64,000 nucleotides of DNA, taken from Camelus dromedarius. Lineage: Eukaryota. Location of the stretch: assembly GCF_036321535.1 (NCBI RefSeq), contig NC_087436.1, positions 29,204,001 to 29,268,000 of the forward strand. The letters run 5' to 3'. A program made the translations under genes and the position numbers. Below the pieces are notes generated by a model. That model ran no database searches. It was not told the origin of the DNA and saw only the letters and a program-made list of their open reading frames with translations. This document shows positions 13,430 through 26,289 of the stretch, piece after piece (positions within the stretch are counted from its first letter, which is position 1; each line of letters opens with the position of its first letter).

Positions 13430-14930
13430 AAAATTTTATTGTGAAATATACCTACTGAAATATACACATATAGTTTAAAGAATAATACTAAAATATATAC
13501 CCTTCCATACCTTATTAGACTAACAGGTAAAAATATTATCAGTATTTTAGGAGCTCTAAGTGTGCCCCTCAATGCAAACTTTTTTCTTAACCCCTAAATT
13601 TTGTGTTATTCTCTTGTTTTTACTAATAATTCTTACCTATTTGTGTCCATAGGTATACACTACCTAGTTTTTCCTGTTTTTGAAATTTATATAAATTAAC
13701 TTTACTGAAGGAATTCATCTGTGAGTTCAGTCTTTCAGTCAATTACATGATTAGGATATTCATCCAAATGGATGTGTCTCATAGAATTCCTTCTGATTAG
13801 AATAGACATTGTGTGCCTATAATGATTTTAGCTGTACTTGTCTTAAAAATCATACAGGTTGTTTCCTGTACTTTGGTATGAAGAAGAATGCTCTGATGAA
13901 TATTCTTGTGTTTGTTTCTTAATGCTGCATAATAGAATTGCTGTCTTGGTTTGTCAACTTTAGTAGTATATAATTTATTTTCTAAATTAGTTTTGCTAGT
14001 TTATACTTATCACCATTTGGAGTTCTCATTATTTCACATCATTTATAACCCAAGATATTTCCTGACTTTAAATTTTTGTAAATCTGATTGGTGTGAAATG
14101 TTGTACTATTGTGAGTTTAACTTACATTTCCCTGAAAAATAGTGATGTAAGTGGTATTGTACCTGTTATGTGCCATTTGTATGTTTTCCTTTGCAAAGTG
14201 TCTATTTATATATTTTTGCCAATTTTCCTTCCAGTTTTCTTCCTTTTATTAGTGCACTGAATCTGTATATGATCCATACTAACTTTTTTTGCTAATTATG
14301 TGTTTTGCCTCTCTGATCTGTAACTTCAAGCATTTTCACTAACTTTTTGGTAACTTTTTATAAACAAATATTTTAAATTCAATGTAGTTGAACAAAACAA
14401 TCTATTTTTTGCAATTAGAAAATAATTACACTGTTATTTTTTCTTTCCAATCCTTTACTAATTATATTTCTTTTAATTTCTTTTACTTTGCTAGCTAAAC
14501 CCTAAAGTAAAATATTGACTAACTAATTGACATATGTTTTGTTTCTGATCTTAAAATACTTTGAAATACTTAAATATTTTTCAAAATTCAATATAATTCT
14601 TGCTGTAATATTTTTGTAAATGCCTCTGTTAATTTAATAATGTTTATTAGCAGTTACTCATGTTGTCTACAGCAGCTGTTGAATTCTATTTGACATTTCT
14701 GAATATGTCTTGGTGATCATTTTTTTCTCTTTGAATTGTTTTTATGGTAAATTATGTTCAATTCTCTAATGTAAAACACATTACTATGATTATGCTGTGG
14801 TGTCTTTTCTACACAATCTCTCTTATCATTCACAATTACATTTAGGAGTGTTTGTATCTATGTTCTATTACATTTAGCACATTTGAGATTTCCTGCAATT
14901 TTCTTTCTTGTACTTCTCTTTTATGTTTGT
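13430..14930 (-). mobile_element. ancient L1M (ME-like) 3'UTR/ORF2 fragment
   Basis: ttttattgtgaaatata 3' end and decayed ORF2-like T-rich sequence; continues at about 15960-16720. Confidence 0.65.
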
Positions 14931-15457
14931 GTTATTTTTACCTGTTACTATGTAAGGAATTACCTCCAAGTCTAGTGAATTAAAACAAACAGTATTATCT
15001 TACAGTTTCTGATATTAAGGAAACTGGGTGCAGTTTAGTTGGGTGTCTCTTGCACGAGTTTTCCTCTAAGGCTTGGGGGATAGTCCTCTGACAAGTTCAT
15101 TCATGTGGTGGTTGGCAGGATTCAACTTCTCAGTGTCTGTGGGATGGGGGGCCTCCATTTTTCACTGACTGTTGGTTAACTCCTTCAATTCCTGGCCAGA
15201 TTAGCCTTTCCATATAGCACATCTCACAACATGGCAGCTGGCTTTCCCACGGAGCCAGCAAGCAAGAGAGCAAGAGGGGTAGAGCAAGATGGAAACCTCT
15301 GTGTAACCTAATCTCAGAAATGACATCCCATCCCTTCTGCTGTGTTGTATTTTTTAAATGGTAGGTACTAGGTCCAGTCCACACTCCAGGGGAGGAAATT
15401 ACACAAAGCCATGTATACTAAGGGGATAACTAGAAGCCATCTTAGAACTGTATACTG
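14930..15457 (-). mobile_element. MaLR LTR (MLT1E/F-like)
   Basis: ttaaaacaaac...tcttacagtttct...catggcagctggctttccc...tctcagaaatgacatcccatcc MLT1 motifs. Confidence 0.8.
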
Positions 15458-15508
15458 CAGTGACTTTAGTTTATTATATGTACATGTATATGTGTGTGTG
15501 TGTGTGTG

Positions 15509-15955
15509 TGTGGACAAAGGCTGTCACCTGCCATATCAGTAAACAGGGATGTTGTAGGCATGAAGCCATCAGCCACTGCAGCATCCTTCCCTAGCTCCTC
15601 CTCCACTTCCTGATCGTGCACCCTGAGGGGATTCAAAAGGAGAAAACTGGATGCTGGCCTTAGATGCTTAAGGTGCATATCAAAGGAATGATTTCAGTGA
15701 GCCCAGACTCTTGCACCTTCCCAGAAATAGAAAAGTGCTAAATTCATTAACTTGAGATGTCTGGATTTTCTTTAATTAACAGTAATCTTTTTATGTTTCA
15801 AGTATCTTTTTTTTTTTTTCAAAAATTCCTATATGTTTCCTGGCTTTTCCGTTCCCTCAGAGCAATCTTAAGTTTCCCCAGCTTCAGTCTTTAGCAAGTC
15901 TGCCTAGTGAAACATAATTCTCAGCTTTTAGGTTGTGTATTGTCTTCAGTCAACA
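15509..15955 (+). mobile_element. cetartiodactyl ERV1-class solo LTR (copy 1)
   Basis: TG...CA termini; clearly paralogous to 39592-40148 (shared aggtgcatatcaaaggaatgatttca; acataa.tctca.cttt.aggttgtg); inserted in a TG/TA microsatellite. Confidence 0.85.
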
Positions 15956-15959
15956 TATA

Positions 15960-16720
15960 TATACATAATACAAATATATCTCCCTCAGCTTATTTACTTA
16001 CATCCTCGTTTTAATCCATAATGAATATGCTTATCTATTCTTTTCTAAATTTCCTTACCAAGTGTTTATCTAATTTATTGCATTTTTAAGGAAAAAAAAG
16101 GAACTTTTGTGTAACTGTACTGAATGTTTGTATTCAATTTTCTTTATCTTCCTTAGTTACTTCCTTCCTTGTTACTTTTTCTCTGCTTGTGTTTATAACT
16201 ACTTTTCATAAGTAGTTTTTTTACATCTATATATTTATTCTTAAATAGTGCTTTTGCTGTATCCCATACATTTTATTGTATAATTTTTTTTTCACTTTAA
16301 GTCAGCTCTCTGAATTGTGGAACAGCTGTTGGGATTTCTCCTTTAATTCATATTTTCGGAATTATACTTTTAGATTCCTGAATAAAGATACTGTTTTCTA
16401 ATTATTATTTATTTCTAGCTTGATTGCCTTGGAGTCAGAGTTTGTGGTTTGAAGGAATCCAAACATACATTACTGGATGCAGCATTTTGGACCAGCACAG
16501 TGGCAACCGTTTGTCTGTTGCTAACTTTGGACAAATAAGTACTCTCCATTTATTGGACTTGTTATTTTACATATGTTTATTTGATCTAGCTTGGAATAAT
16601 ATTCAACTCTATAATTTTGTTGGTTATTGTATGCTGGAACTATAAATTATAGAAACAGGAATATTAATATTTTTAATAGCATCTTACCTATAGACGTCAA
16701 TTATTGCTCTTGAGAGTTGA
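15960..16720 (-). mobile_element. ancient L1M ORF2 fragment (continuation)
   Basis: gcttttgctgtatcccatacatttt and similar L1 ORF2 antisense motifs. Confidence 0.55.
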
Positions 16721-16723
16721 AGC

Positions 16724-17200
16724 TGTAGGGGAGCAAAATTTGCCACCACAAAATGTATCTCTTTGGCATGAGGATTAATTTAGGCTGATTATTTTTAAGA
16801 AATGGAAAACTTAGGAAGTCTTTTTACTTCCCCCGTAACTGCCTAAAGTGTTTAGATGAAGAGCTTCTTCTTGGAATAGAGCCATCACCACTGATATCTG
16901 CTAAGAATGTGGGCTAAGTGTGGAGGGGAGCTCTTGTTAGGGCCCAGAGGTCAGAGTCCACTCTGTGTCCCGCTGTCGCTGCATGGCCCAGCAAACAGTG
17001 GTTTACCAAGCATTTGCTTTCCCATCTCCATGTCAGCTGCCTTCCTTCCCTTTGAAACCCAAACCATTACCCTCAACATCCTCTTTTGTCTTTAGCTGAA
17101 GGTGGTATTTAACGTGAGGACTTTAGTCATTTTGGCAAGTTTTAGATTTTTCTTTGTATTTGTTTGTTTTCCTGTTATTATCAGTGTGTTCAGTTTAGTA
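16724..17200 (+). mobile_element. MER34-like ERV1 LTR
   Basis: tgtaggggagcaaaatttgccaccacaaaatgtatctctttggcatgaggatta resembles the MER34A start. Confidence 0.75.
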
Positions 17201-17459
17201 AGCAAAACATTCCTTTTCCTTTTAAATTTGTTCTTTGTTCCCATCAAGACTTTTCATTTGGAAAGGTTATATAAAGGCTAAAGGGACAGAAAAAATTTAC
17301 AAAAAATATTTTTGCATCTCTTAATGAAAAAGACATTTACACACTATGTTTAAGAATTGGTTTGCATACAGTCCTGAACTTTTAATAGATTTTAAAATGC
17401 TTATACATACTCTCCCTTCCCTTGTTGTTTAATCTTGATCTCATGGTTTTGAGTCTTAG

Positions 17460-19560
17460 AAAATGATTGAAGGGAAGGCAGAGTCCCCACAGGATCCCCC
17501 ATGAGACTGAGGTGTCAGTAATTGTAAAAGAAGGCTGTAAATTTGAACATGGGGGGCTGATAGCCTGACTGGGCATGTGGCACAGATGAGAAGTCTCCTT
17601 TTGGAGAACTGCTGCATTGAGACATGAGATGGCTTACTTAACATGTGTGGTCCAGGCTGGGGTTATCTTGTCCTCTCTCATCAGTACTAAAGTTTGTCCT
17701 TTAATTGACCATTAAAACAAGCTATAATCCTTGTGGCCTGGGAGTGATGTAGATCATGGAGGGTCTGTGGAATGTCCAATGACTGAGCCCACTGATCTGT
17801 AGCTTGGGCTACAAATAGGGCTTGTTTTGAGATGCAGTGTAGTGAGAACCTTTGACAGGAAACAAATGTGGTCTTGTAGGGCGTGGATGGTGTGGCCAGA
17901 GTCAGTGGAATGCTTCGGGATAGCAAAGCGAAACCTATAGAAAGTGTCACTTGCAGTCAGGATCCAGTGAAACCCTTTGGATGGGATGAGACCCTCAATG
18001 TAATCTACTGCAAGAATCTCCTGGTCTGCCGTCTCATAGCATCTATCCCTGGGAAGTGCGTTTAGCCTGTCCAGGGTCTCTGGCAGCCAGGGTAGCTTTT
18101 CTGTGCTGTTTCTGAGGACAGTGGCTGTCCATGTGTGCAGGCCCAGTCTAGGATGATACCTGAATTTCCATAAGCTGTCTTTTCCTGTGTCCAGCTGTTT
18201 GCTCATCTGTTTGTTCTAGGGCGGAGAACACTTCAGTCCCTGCATTTACTTGACAAGCAGGGTCAGCTCACTGGTTCAGTTTTTCCTTGTCAGTGTGGGA
18301 GCCTCTCTGGTAAGCATCCATATAAGTAACAAAAATCTTACAAGGAACAGAACTGACTTTTACTCAAATATTTTCAGACGGAACCTCTTTTATATGTCAG
18401 TCTGCTGCTTGCCAGTGTCCCCAGTGAAAAACCAGCCCATTGACTATAGCATGTGAGTCGGGTAGGGTCACGATCTTCCACATGCCCCTTTGCAATGGTT
18501 CTACCTGTAGCAGTTACATTAGGGCTGGGGCAGAGGGAGAGCAGGCAAGACACTGCATCAATCCCAGCAATTTATTCCACAATAGGGCCCTTGACAATTA
18601 TTTGTAGTGACCAGAAGGACCCACCCATAGTCAGTCTTGGTAAAGGTCCCAATGGTGGTGGCCTCAGACCTCAAGTCAGAGAGCATTATCTGTTTTTTTC
18701 CATCTTGGTCCAGGCAAAACAGTTACCTGCGGCTGGTATCTAAGAAGCCCAAGAAGTGCAATTTTCCTTTATTTCTCCACTGACCACTAACCTTGGCAAG
18801 GGCCTCTGCTTCCCTCTGACAAGGGAACACAGCCCATGTCAGTTTTAGGTCCATTTGGACAGGAGGAGGGAAAAGGAACAGCGCTCTGAGTCACACAGCT
18901 GTGTCTTAGCTGGGACTCCCCTTGGGCAGTGCAGGGCAGGCTGGTTAGAGCAGAGACAGGCTTCTAGAGCTTCCAAGCTCTGAGGTCTCTTCAGGGTGCT
19001 AAGCGGAGTGAACCAGAATGCTCTACGCTCTTTTTTTTTTTTTCCCTCCTGATGTTGCAACATCTTGCTGTACTGCTGGGTATTTATCAGATTCAGTGGC
19101 AGCTACTACTTAGAGCTACTCAGCTTGTAAGCACCCCCTGGACTTTCTGCCCCTATTGGTAGAGGGCTCTAAGCAGTAGTAAGTGAACTGCTTTCCTTGT
19201 TTTTGTTGAGATGTTTGCTCTCTAATTGGATCTACCCTGACAAGCTCAACTGGAGAGTCACAGACGAATGAGAAAGGCCAGTGGTCTCCCTCAGGACTGA
19301 AAAGCTTTTAAAAACAATCCCCTAGCATCCCCTAAGAACGCCCCTTGGCTTCTGCTAGCCCTTCCCACAACCCACTGACATGGCTGGTGAAGTGTCCCAG
19401 AAGCTCTGCCAGTCCTTCCCAAGACTTATCCACTAAGTGCCCCCTGGAGCTCTCAGACTTCTGCAGATGATTTGCCAGCACCCCTGTCGAATGCTCCGTG
19501 GACTCCCCTAATGACTCCCAAAGGTGATATCTCAAAGGGATATTCAGGCTTTTGCTCTTT
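17460..19560 (-). mobile_element. ERVL-class internal relic (gag?-protease-RNaseH-integrase), RT missing
   Basis: Minus-strand translation gives protease LGFLDT.QVTVLPGP (about 18750-18710) and IAGIDAV; RNase H C-half AIVNGL...KIFVTYMDAYQR (about 18450-18290); integrase VDYIEGLIPSKGFHWILTASDT and QWAQSLDI...FNGQLKDKL (ORFs 17754-18206 and 17687-17950). Confidence 0.88.
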
Positions 19561-19689
19561 CCAAATAGCATTGTGTTTAATCAACTACCCTGCTCACAGC
19601 ATTGATTTGTCAGAAATCCAACTGAATTGTAGAGAGTGAGCTGAGCTGCCAAATGTTGGAGTAGTCATTTAAGGCAAGAAGCAAAAATG

Positions 19690-21117
19690 GAAGGAGACTT
19701 GTAGTAAGAAGCTTGGAAGTCACCACTCAATTCTAAGTAAAAATCTTAACAAGCTGAAAAAGCAACAACTTTTCTTAGATCCATAAGTGATACGAGGTGA
19801 CAGGGCAAAGGGCTACTTACTAAATTAGAGACACCAGCAGGTGAGTTCAGAGAACCATGGTTTACCTGAGCAGAAATCCAAGAACTAAAACCTCTCAGGG
19901 AATCGGTGCCAAAGTAAGAATACCTGATCTGTAACTGATGAGTTTCTAGGAGCACAATGTGAACAAGTTCGAGAATTAAAAATTTCAGAGTGGCCCAGTC
20001 ATAGTGGATCCCCATACTTTTGTGAATTTCACATTCAGGAGACCTCCCAGGTTCCCATTATGAAGACTGGAGAAAAATCCCCTCCTGATTCCAGCAGAGG
20101 AAAGGGAAAAAGTAGCCATTTTGAAATAACAACTTTTTTTTCATAACAAGGCCTGCCCTCAAGAATCTGTTTTACCAGAATGTTACTAACCTGGGAGAAG
20201 GGAAGGACCCAACTCCAGCCCCATCCAGTCTTTCATGATTAAAAGAAGGGACTATCTGAATTCAGCCACATTAGCCATCCTGCTCCACTAAGGGGAGGGG
20301 GAGGTAGAACAGAAAAGCATGTGTGAACTTCGCAGTCCAGAGGCACAAGCTCATTAAAAGACTGACACCTAATCACAGGACTATAGAATGCCCCCATTCC
20401 CACCACAGGTTAACACCATATTACCAAAGACCTATTCAGAGCAGTTTTTACTCAGTAGATCAAGTTCAGCTATAAATAAAAAATTGCAAGACATACTACA
20501 AGGCAAAAAACAAAGTGTGAAGAGAAAGAGCAAGGATGGGAGCCAGACTCAGATGTGGCAGGAATTTTGACAATAGCAAACCAGGACCTTAAAATGTTCA
20601 TTAAGTGAACTACGATTCATATGCTAAGGGCTCTCATGGGTAAAGTAGACATTGTGCAAGAACAAATGGATAAGAGAAACAAGAAATTCTGCCCAAAATC
20701 ACACAAGAAGAAATACACAATCTGAATAGACCTGTATCTCTTACAAAAAAATTGAATCAATCATTTACTGACCTTTCAAAACAGAAAGCACCAAATCTAG
20801 AAAGATTCAGTGGTAAAATCTACCAAGCAGAGGGAATACTTCCTATTTCATTGTATTACCCTAATACCGAAAGCAAATAAAGACATTAGAAGAAAACTGC
20901 ATTTCAATATCTTTCATGAACATACATGCAAAACTTCTCAGCAAAATACCAGCTAAAGGAACTCAAGAACGTATAATAGAATTATGTATCATGACCAAAT
21001 GGGATTTATACAGGTATGCAAGGCTGGTTCAACATTCAAAGATCAGTTAATGTCCATCCATCACATCAAGAAGCTAAAAAAGAAAACCTCACGTTCCTAT
21101 CAACAGATGCAGAAAAG
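19690..21117 (+). mobile_element. L1 (L1MC-like) 5' region joined to an ORF2/RT fragment
   Basis: 20690-21117 reads as decayed ORF2 (catgaccaaatgggatttatacaggtatgcaaggctggttcaacattc...gatgcagaaaag = HDQ.GF..GMQGWFNI...DAEK). Confidence 0.85.
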
Positions 21118-21290
21118 TGTGGCTAAATGACTTCCTTTGGCCAAGCCAACAGTATATGGATGGAAGTGACTATGTGTTGGTTTGAAGACAAAGACTTAGG
21201 GAGCTTTGCGTGTCTCTAAACACCCTTTCTCACCATTTTTTGGGGCTTCTCCTGTCTGCCATGAGAAGAACATTCTTGTGTTAGCTGAAC
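21118..21290 (+). mobile_element. MaLR LTR fragment
   Basis: tgacttcctttggccaa...ggaagtgac MLT1 motif. Confidence 0.5.
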
Positions 21291-22445
21291 TGACAGGTCA
21301 ATGTAACAAACCTCATATTTGATGGAGGACAATAAAATTGTGTACAAAATTTTGCAAATCAGTTCACATAACTTAATTTCTCTTGATCCTGACCACAACT
21401 GCCTCCATTTTACCGGATTGTCCCAAGTGTATTAATAACTCATTTTAGTGTAGTTTTATATATGTAAAGGATAGCTGTACCATTGATAAGTTACTAGCAG
21501 CAATGTGTGACACATAGTAGGTACATAAAAAATTATAGTTATAGAAATGAATCAGTTGTCTAATTTACTTATTTTGGTCCCTTTATGATTTTTATTTGTA
21601 CATTTTCTTACTGTGATACTGACAAAATTGAAGACCAGTATTGGACTGTGGTAAATGCAACAATTTAATCGCACTGATTGTCCATACGGTTTCTGGTGAA
21701 GATTATTCTCAGTGTCATGCTTCATCAAGCTGTAACATCAATTATTGTAAAAATCCTTTTTACATACATATGAAAATACAATATCATGACTCTAAAAAGT
21801 TTCTGAAACATCTTCATAAGAGATAGAACTTTTTATAACCTCTTTCTCCCCTTCACTGCGAGTCACAGCACAGCATTAAAACTGGTGATTTTGCTATGTC
21901 CTGACTTCCTGTGTTAACCAGTCACTTTGTTTTCACATCCAAAATGATTCTTGAAAGAATTTTTTTTCTCTTTTTTAATTTAGTTTTTGCTTCTGACTAT
22001 GGCAACTAAGGATCTATACAGGAAGGGTAGGGTCTGGATATTAAAGAATTTCAGAAAAGAAGACTTAGGAGTTTTGTTATGGGAAATAAAGGAAAAATGA
22101 AAACAGAAAAAAAGGCTACACTAGAACTTTGTTCTAAATGTGAGACAAGTGGAGGTGTTCAAAATCAGGGAATGTGGTAGAAACGGAGTTAGGGGATCAA
22201 GTTACAGTAAACTCAGGTTGAAGGTATGTAGACGAGTGCCGAATAACCTTAGACTATGGAATAATTATGGCAATGCTTCACAACTTAACTTTTAAAAATT
22301 TATTTGCCAGTGAAGAGCCCATTGTTTGCATATTCCCACCGGTCAGAAAGGTTTTATCCACTGATACTTTCTGAAATTTGTATTATTTGGAATTCTATTA
22401 TAGTATTGAACGTATTTTGACACTGTGTATTGCCTTTCTCCCTAG

Positions 22446-22483
22446 AGAGTCTGGTATTTTAGCACCCCACTTTCTAACCCCAG
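22446..22483 (+). other. candidate 38-bp exon
   Basis: Acceptor tgcctttctccctag| and donor CAG|gtgaga; stop-free reading as ESGILAPHFLTP or RVWYFSTPLSNP. Confidence 0.4.
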
Positions 22484-23197
22484 GTGAGAATTGCTAATTC
22501 TAGGAGCTGGTCTCTGACTACATACAGAAGAGGGGGTGCTGGGGGGAAGGGCTTTGGGGGAGATATTTTTGAACCAAAAATCAAGGGTAAAATTTCAGTT
22601 TACTTTAAGACTACATTTTCTTGTCATTTTTAGCAGCCTTAAACTGTATATTCAGTGTAATTTGTATAGCTGAAATTAGTCAAAATTTCTTCTAAATTTT
22701 AGCAATAAATTTACTGTCAGATGTAGTCTTAGTATTGAAAGAAGTTGTTTTTTTCCTTTTCATGTGTCTTAAAAAGAAAGTAGAAATTATTTCAGTGAAT
22801 ATTAGAAATCACTTGTTTCTATACATTATTTTAAAATATACCTTAAAATAGAATTTATACTTTAAAAGGAGACATAAAAGATGTCGTATAACAATCTTGT
22901 TCTTTTAATGCCATGTTCATTACTAAAAAAGGTGATGAAGAATTACTTATAAGTGTGAGTGATTTTTATTTTAAGGTAATGTTCAACTTATAAATAATCA
23001 TTTGTAAATTCATAAATGTTTTCAGTCATCTATATATATATATTTAGGATCAAAATACATTTTAGAATGATTTTAATTTATTTATAATATTTAATAAGTA
23101 ATGTATTTATATGCACAATTAGAATCTTGCATCAAAATCTATTTTAGAGGTAACTATACCTCTTTTCCTCACATTTTGTATTTGTATATTTAAGCAC

Positions 23198-23573
23198 TGT
23201 TTTAGACTTACTTCCTGCCCCCCCCTCACCCCAGGTCTATATTGAAACTTTTACCCCAGTGTCTTATAATGTGACTGTATTTACAGATAGTCTTTAAAGA
23301 AGTTATTAAGCTAAATGAAGCCTTTTGGTGGGACTTAATCCAGTCTCACTGGAGGGGACACCTGAGATGTAGTACACAGAGAGGGGACCATGTGATGACA
23401 CAGAAAGCCTGTGGCTGCCTCCAAGCCAAGGAGAGAGGCCTCAGGAGAAACCAAACGTGAAAGCACCTTGATCATGGACTTCTATCCTCCAGAACTGTGG
23501 GAAAATAAATTTCGGTTGTTTAAGCCACACAGTCTGTGGCATTTTGTTATGGCAGCTCTAGCAAACTAATACA
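23198..23573 (+). mobile_element. MLT1A/B solo LTR
   Basis: caagccaaggagagaggcctcaggagaaacc...ctccagaactgtg...gcaaactaataca; TG...CA termini; decayed 5-bp TSD agcac/agtat. Confidence 0.92.
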
Positions 23574-24039
23574 AGTATTATTTAGTAAATAAATCATCAG
23601 AAATCTATAAAAAAAAAATTCATTTTCCTTTTCCTGCTCAAAATTGCTGACTTTAGAGCACAGCAAAATGGGGGCAAATTGCAATATTCTTATGATTATT
23701 AATTGCAAGAAATAAAAATAAGACAAAATTTTATCCATGAATGAGTATGTTACAGTACAGTTATACAAAGAATATATTTGTCATACATGATTCAAAGAAG
23801 GTTATTTTGTGTAACTGTTCAGATAACATATTAGATTTTCCTTAAATAAAATTAAAGGATGTCCTCTTTTCACGGTGATATTTACCACTTTCCTCTTATT
23901 GCTATGATCATTGTGAAACATGAAATAAAAATGAGCATATTATTGATAAAGTTAACTGACAGAGTCCAAAAAAAAAAACACTAGGAGAAATATCTCATTG
24001 ATATTTCTGGTTGCAATCACCTTATTTTATCATGATATT

Positions 24040-24300
24040 AATTCATGTATTCATTTGTTTTTAATTAAACACTTTTCACAGACAGCAGGAAAAATATCAA
24101 GGAAATACCAAGAGTAAGACATGGTCACTTATTTCAAAGGAGCTCATGGTCACCTTGAATATGAAGGACATGTGAAGGAACAATGACAAACAAGGTTTAT
24201 AGTTGCTAGTTATATTCAGGATAAATATGCTAAGGACTGAGCGGTCAATTCTGGAAGAATCAGGCAGTAGACTATGATAGTTTGACTTGAAAATTAGCTA
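24040..24300 (-). mobile_element. L2 fragment
   Basis: attcatgtattcatt tail and agacatggtc...caaaggagctca motif. Confidence 0.5.
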
Positions 24301-24496
24301 GGACATCTAAAAATTCACTTCTTCTGTGTTTGGAACAAGACAACTTGAATCAAGAATGAATACTTAAATATAGCCCCAGAAATGGAACTAGCTATTAGTT
24401 GAATACCGACAATGGTTTGAACAGTGCAATTCAGATCTGGAAACCCTTTCTACAGACAAATCTGTTTCAGCAGATGTTTTGGAGAGGGTGGGATTT

Positions 24497-24683
24497 GTTT
24501 CTTTTCTTTTCCTTTTTTTTATTGAAGTATAGTCGGTTTTAAATGTGTCAATTTCTCATGTACAGCATAATGTTTCAATCATACATATACATATATATTC
24601 ATTTTCATATTCTTTTTCATTATAGGTTACTGTAAGATATTGAATATAGTTCCCTGTGCTATACAGTATAAACTTGTTATTTA
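24497..24683 (-). mobile_element. 5'-truncated cetartiodactyl/camelid L1 3' end
   Basis: T-tail then attgaagtatagtc...gatattgaatatagttccctgtgctatacagta. Confidence 0.88.
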
Positions 24684-24967
24684 ATGGTGGAAAACATGTA
24701 CAGTTACCATAGAAAAAAATCCTTGTGAAATAAAAGGCAAAATAATAATATCATGTAACTTGATGTAAAATCTTGCTTGGTCTTCCAAAACGATGAGTTT
24801 ATGAACTCCTAGTAATGATTTTTGTATACGGATATAGAATAGAAAGTTGGAACTAGTGTAAGACCAATGTAATTTTTAAAAATACATTTTGACTTTTCCC
24901 TCTAGTGATAAATACAGAATATTTTAACAAATATTTCCTTAAATATCTGATTTAAAGTGTTATAGAT

Positions 24968-25029
24968 GCAAATATCTCTGTGGTGATTAAATAATATAGC
25001 AAATATCTCTGTGGTGATTAAATAATATA
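24968..25029. repeat. perfect 31-bp tandem duplication
   Basis: gcaaatatctctgtggtgattaaataatata x2. Confidence 0.97.
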
Positions 25030-25291
25030 TATATATATGAAATAAAAATGTAGTCAGTTAATAGGAATTTTGTTGTTAGATATTACTTGTCCTGAATGTG
25101 ATTATTTCCTCTTATAGAAGAGATACAATAATTAAATAGTACCTATTTCACTTTTGATAATTTATTTTTTTAACTTTCATTTCTCACGCAATGTTAGACC
25201 AGTAAAATTTCCATAGGGTTAGCCATGAGTTTTTAGTTCCATTAATATAATAAAGAATAAAATGCTATTAAAGTTCTCATTCCTCTTTCAG

Positions 25292-25397
25292 TTCCTCTTC
25301 TCAAGCGTGGCAAAAGTAAAATCTAATCCCCAGTTTCAATTCTCTGTACCACAAACAATTTACAATGATTACAATAAGCAGCAAAACCAAAAGACTG
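25292..25397 (+). pseudogene. candidate 106-bp fossil exon
   Basis: Acceptor ctcattcctctttcag|, weak donor CTG|gtacaa; lies within ORF 25262-25657. Confidence 0.25.
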
Positions 25398-25799
25398 GTA
25401 CAAAACATAATTCTCAGGTTCATAGGCTACTAGGCCTGTTAAATTTTTACCTTGAAGAAATGAAATTTTATCTACACAGTTTTCTTTCACTACCCACACT
25501 CAAAAGAATATACACAGCAACACACACATACACATGGACAAACTTACTGCATTCAACCCCCAACCCCAGCACCACACACAAACATAGAGAGGCACATGCT
25601 AGTGGAGTCACATGCCAGTCACATGCAGTAGAGGCTACAACTTGGATAATTTCATAACAGCTATCAGTGAGGTTTCAAATTCATATCAGGACACACAAAT
25701 ACTTATATTTCAACAGGAAGGTAACAATTCCAAGGCTGATTCATCTAAAAGGGAACAATCGACCTCAGTATGACTCAGTCTGGGTGACAAAGAATACTG

Positions 25800-26270
25800 T
25801 AATATGAATTCAAGTTCAATAATGTCTCATCCTTGAATATAGGCATGTAAATAGATAACTATAATGCAGTAAATGCTATCACAGAACAGTGTACAAAATA
25901 CCATGGAAACAGACAGAAGATAAAAATTAATTTTGATTTAAACTTTCAGAGAAACTTAAAAAAAAAACAAAGTATTAATTTGATTAATACCATGAAGATT
26001 GGTTTCATTTAATAGAGAACTAAAACAAGGAATGGTAGTAAGAATGTAAAAATCAAAGCCACAGAAGTGGGCAAGTTATTGGACTACGTAAAATGTTAAC
26101 AGTGAGTAGAGTAGTAACCTGGAAGTAAACACATTAGCTTGATAGTAGCGTGGAGATAAGAAAGCTAAGAAATGAGATTGGAAAGGTAACCTACAGTCTG
26201 ATTTTAAAAGGTCATTTGACAAGTTAAGGAGTGTATCTGAACCTTATCCTGTAAAGTAGGAAATGAGAAA
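25800..26270 (-). mobile_element. L2 fragment
   Basis: gtaaatagataactataatgcagtaaatgctat...gagattggaaagg... L2-like. Confidence 0.5.
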
Positions 26271-26289
26271 ACATGGAAGGCTGTCTTTC

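Noticed and set aside
17754..18206. 150-aa ORF as a functional or domesticated integrase
   Set aside because: The integrase homology switches frame and catalytic regions are degenerate; it is a decayed ERVL.
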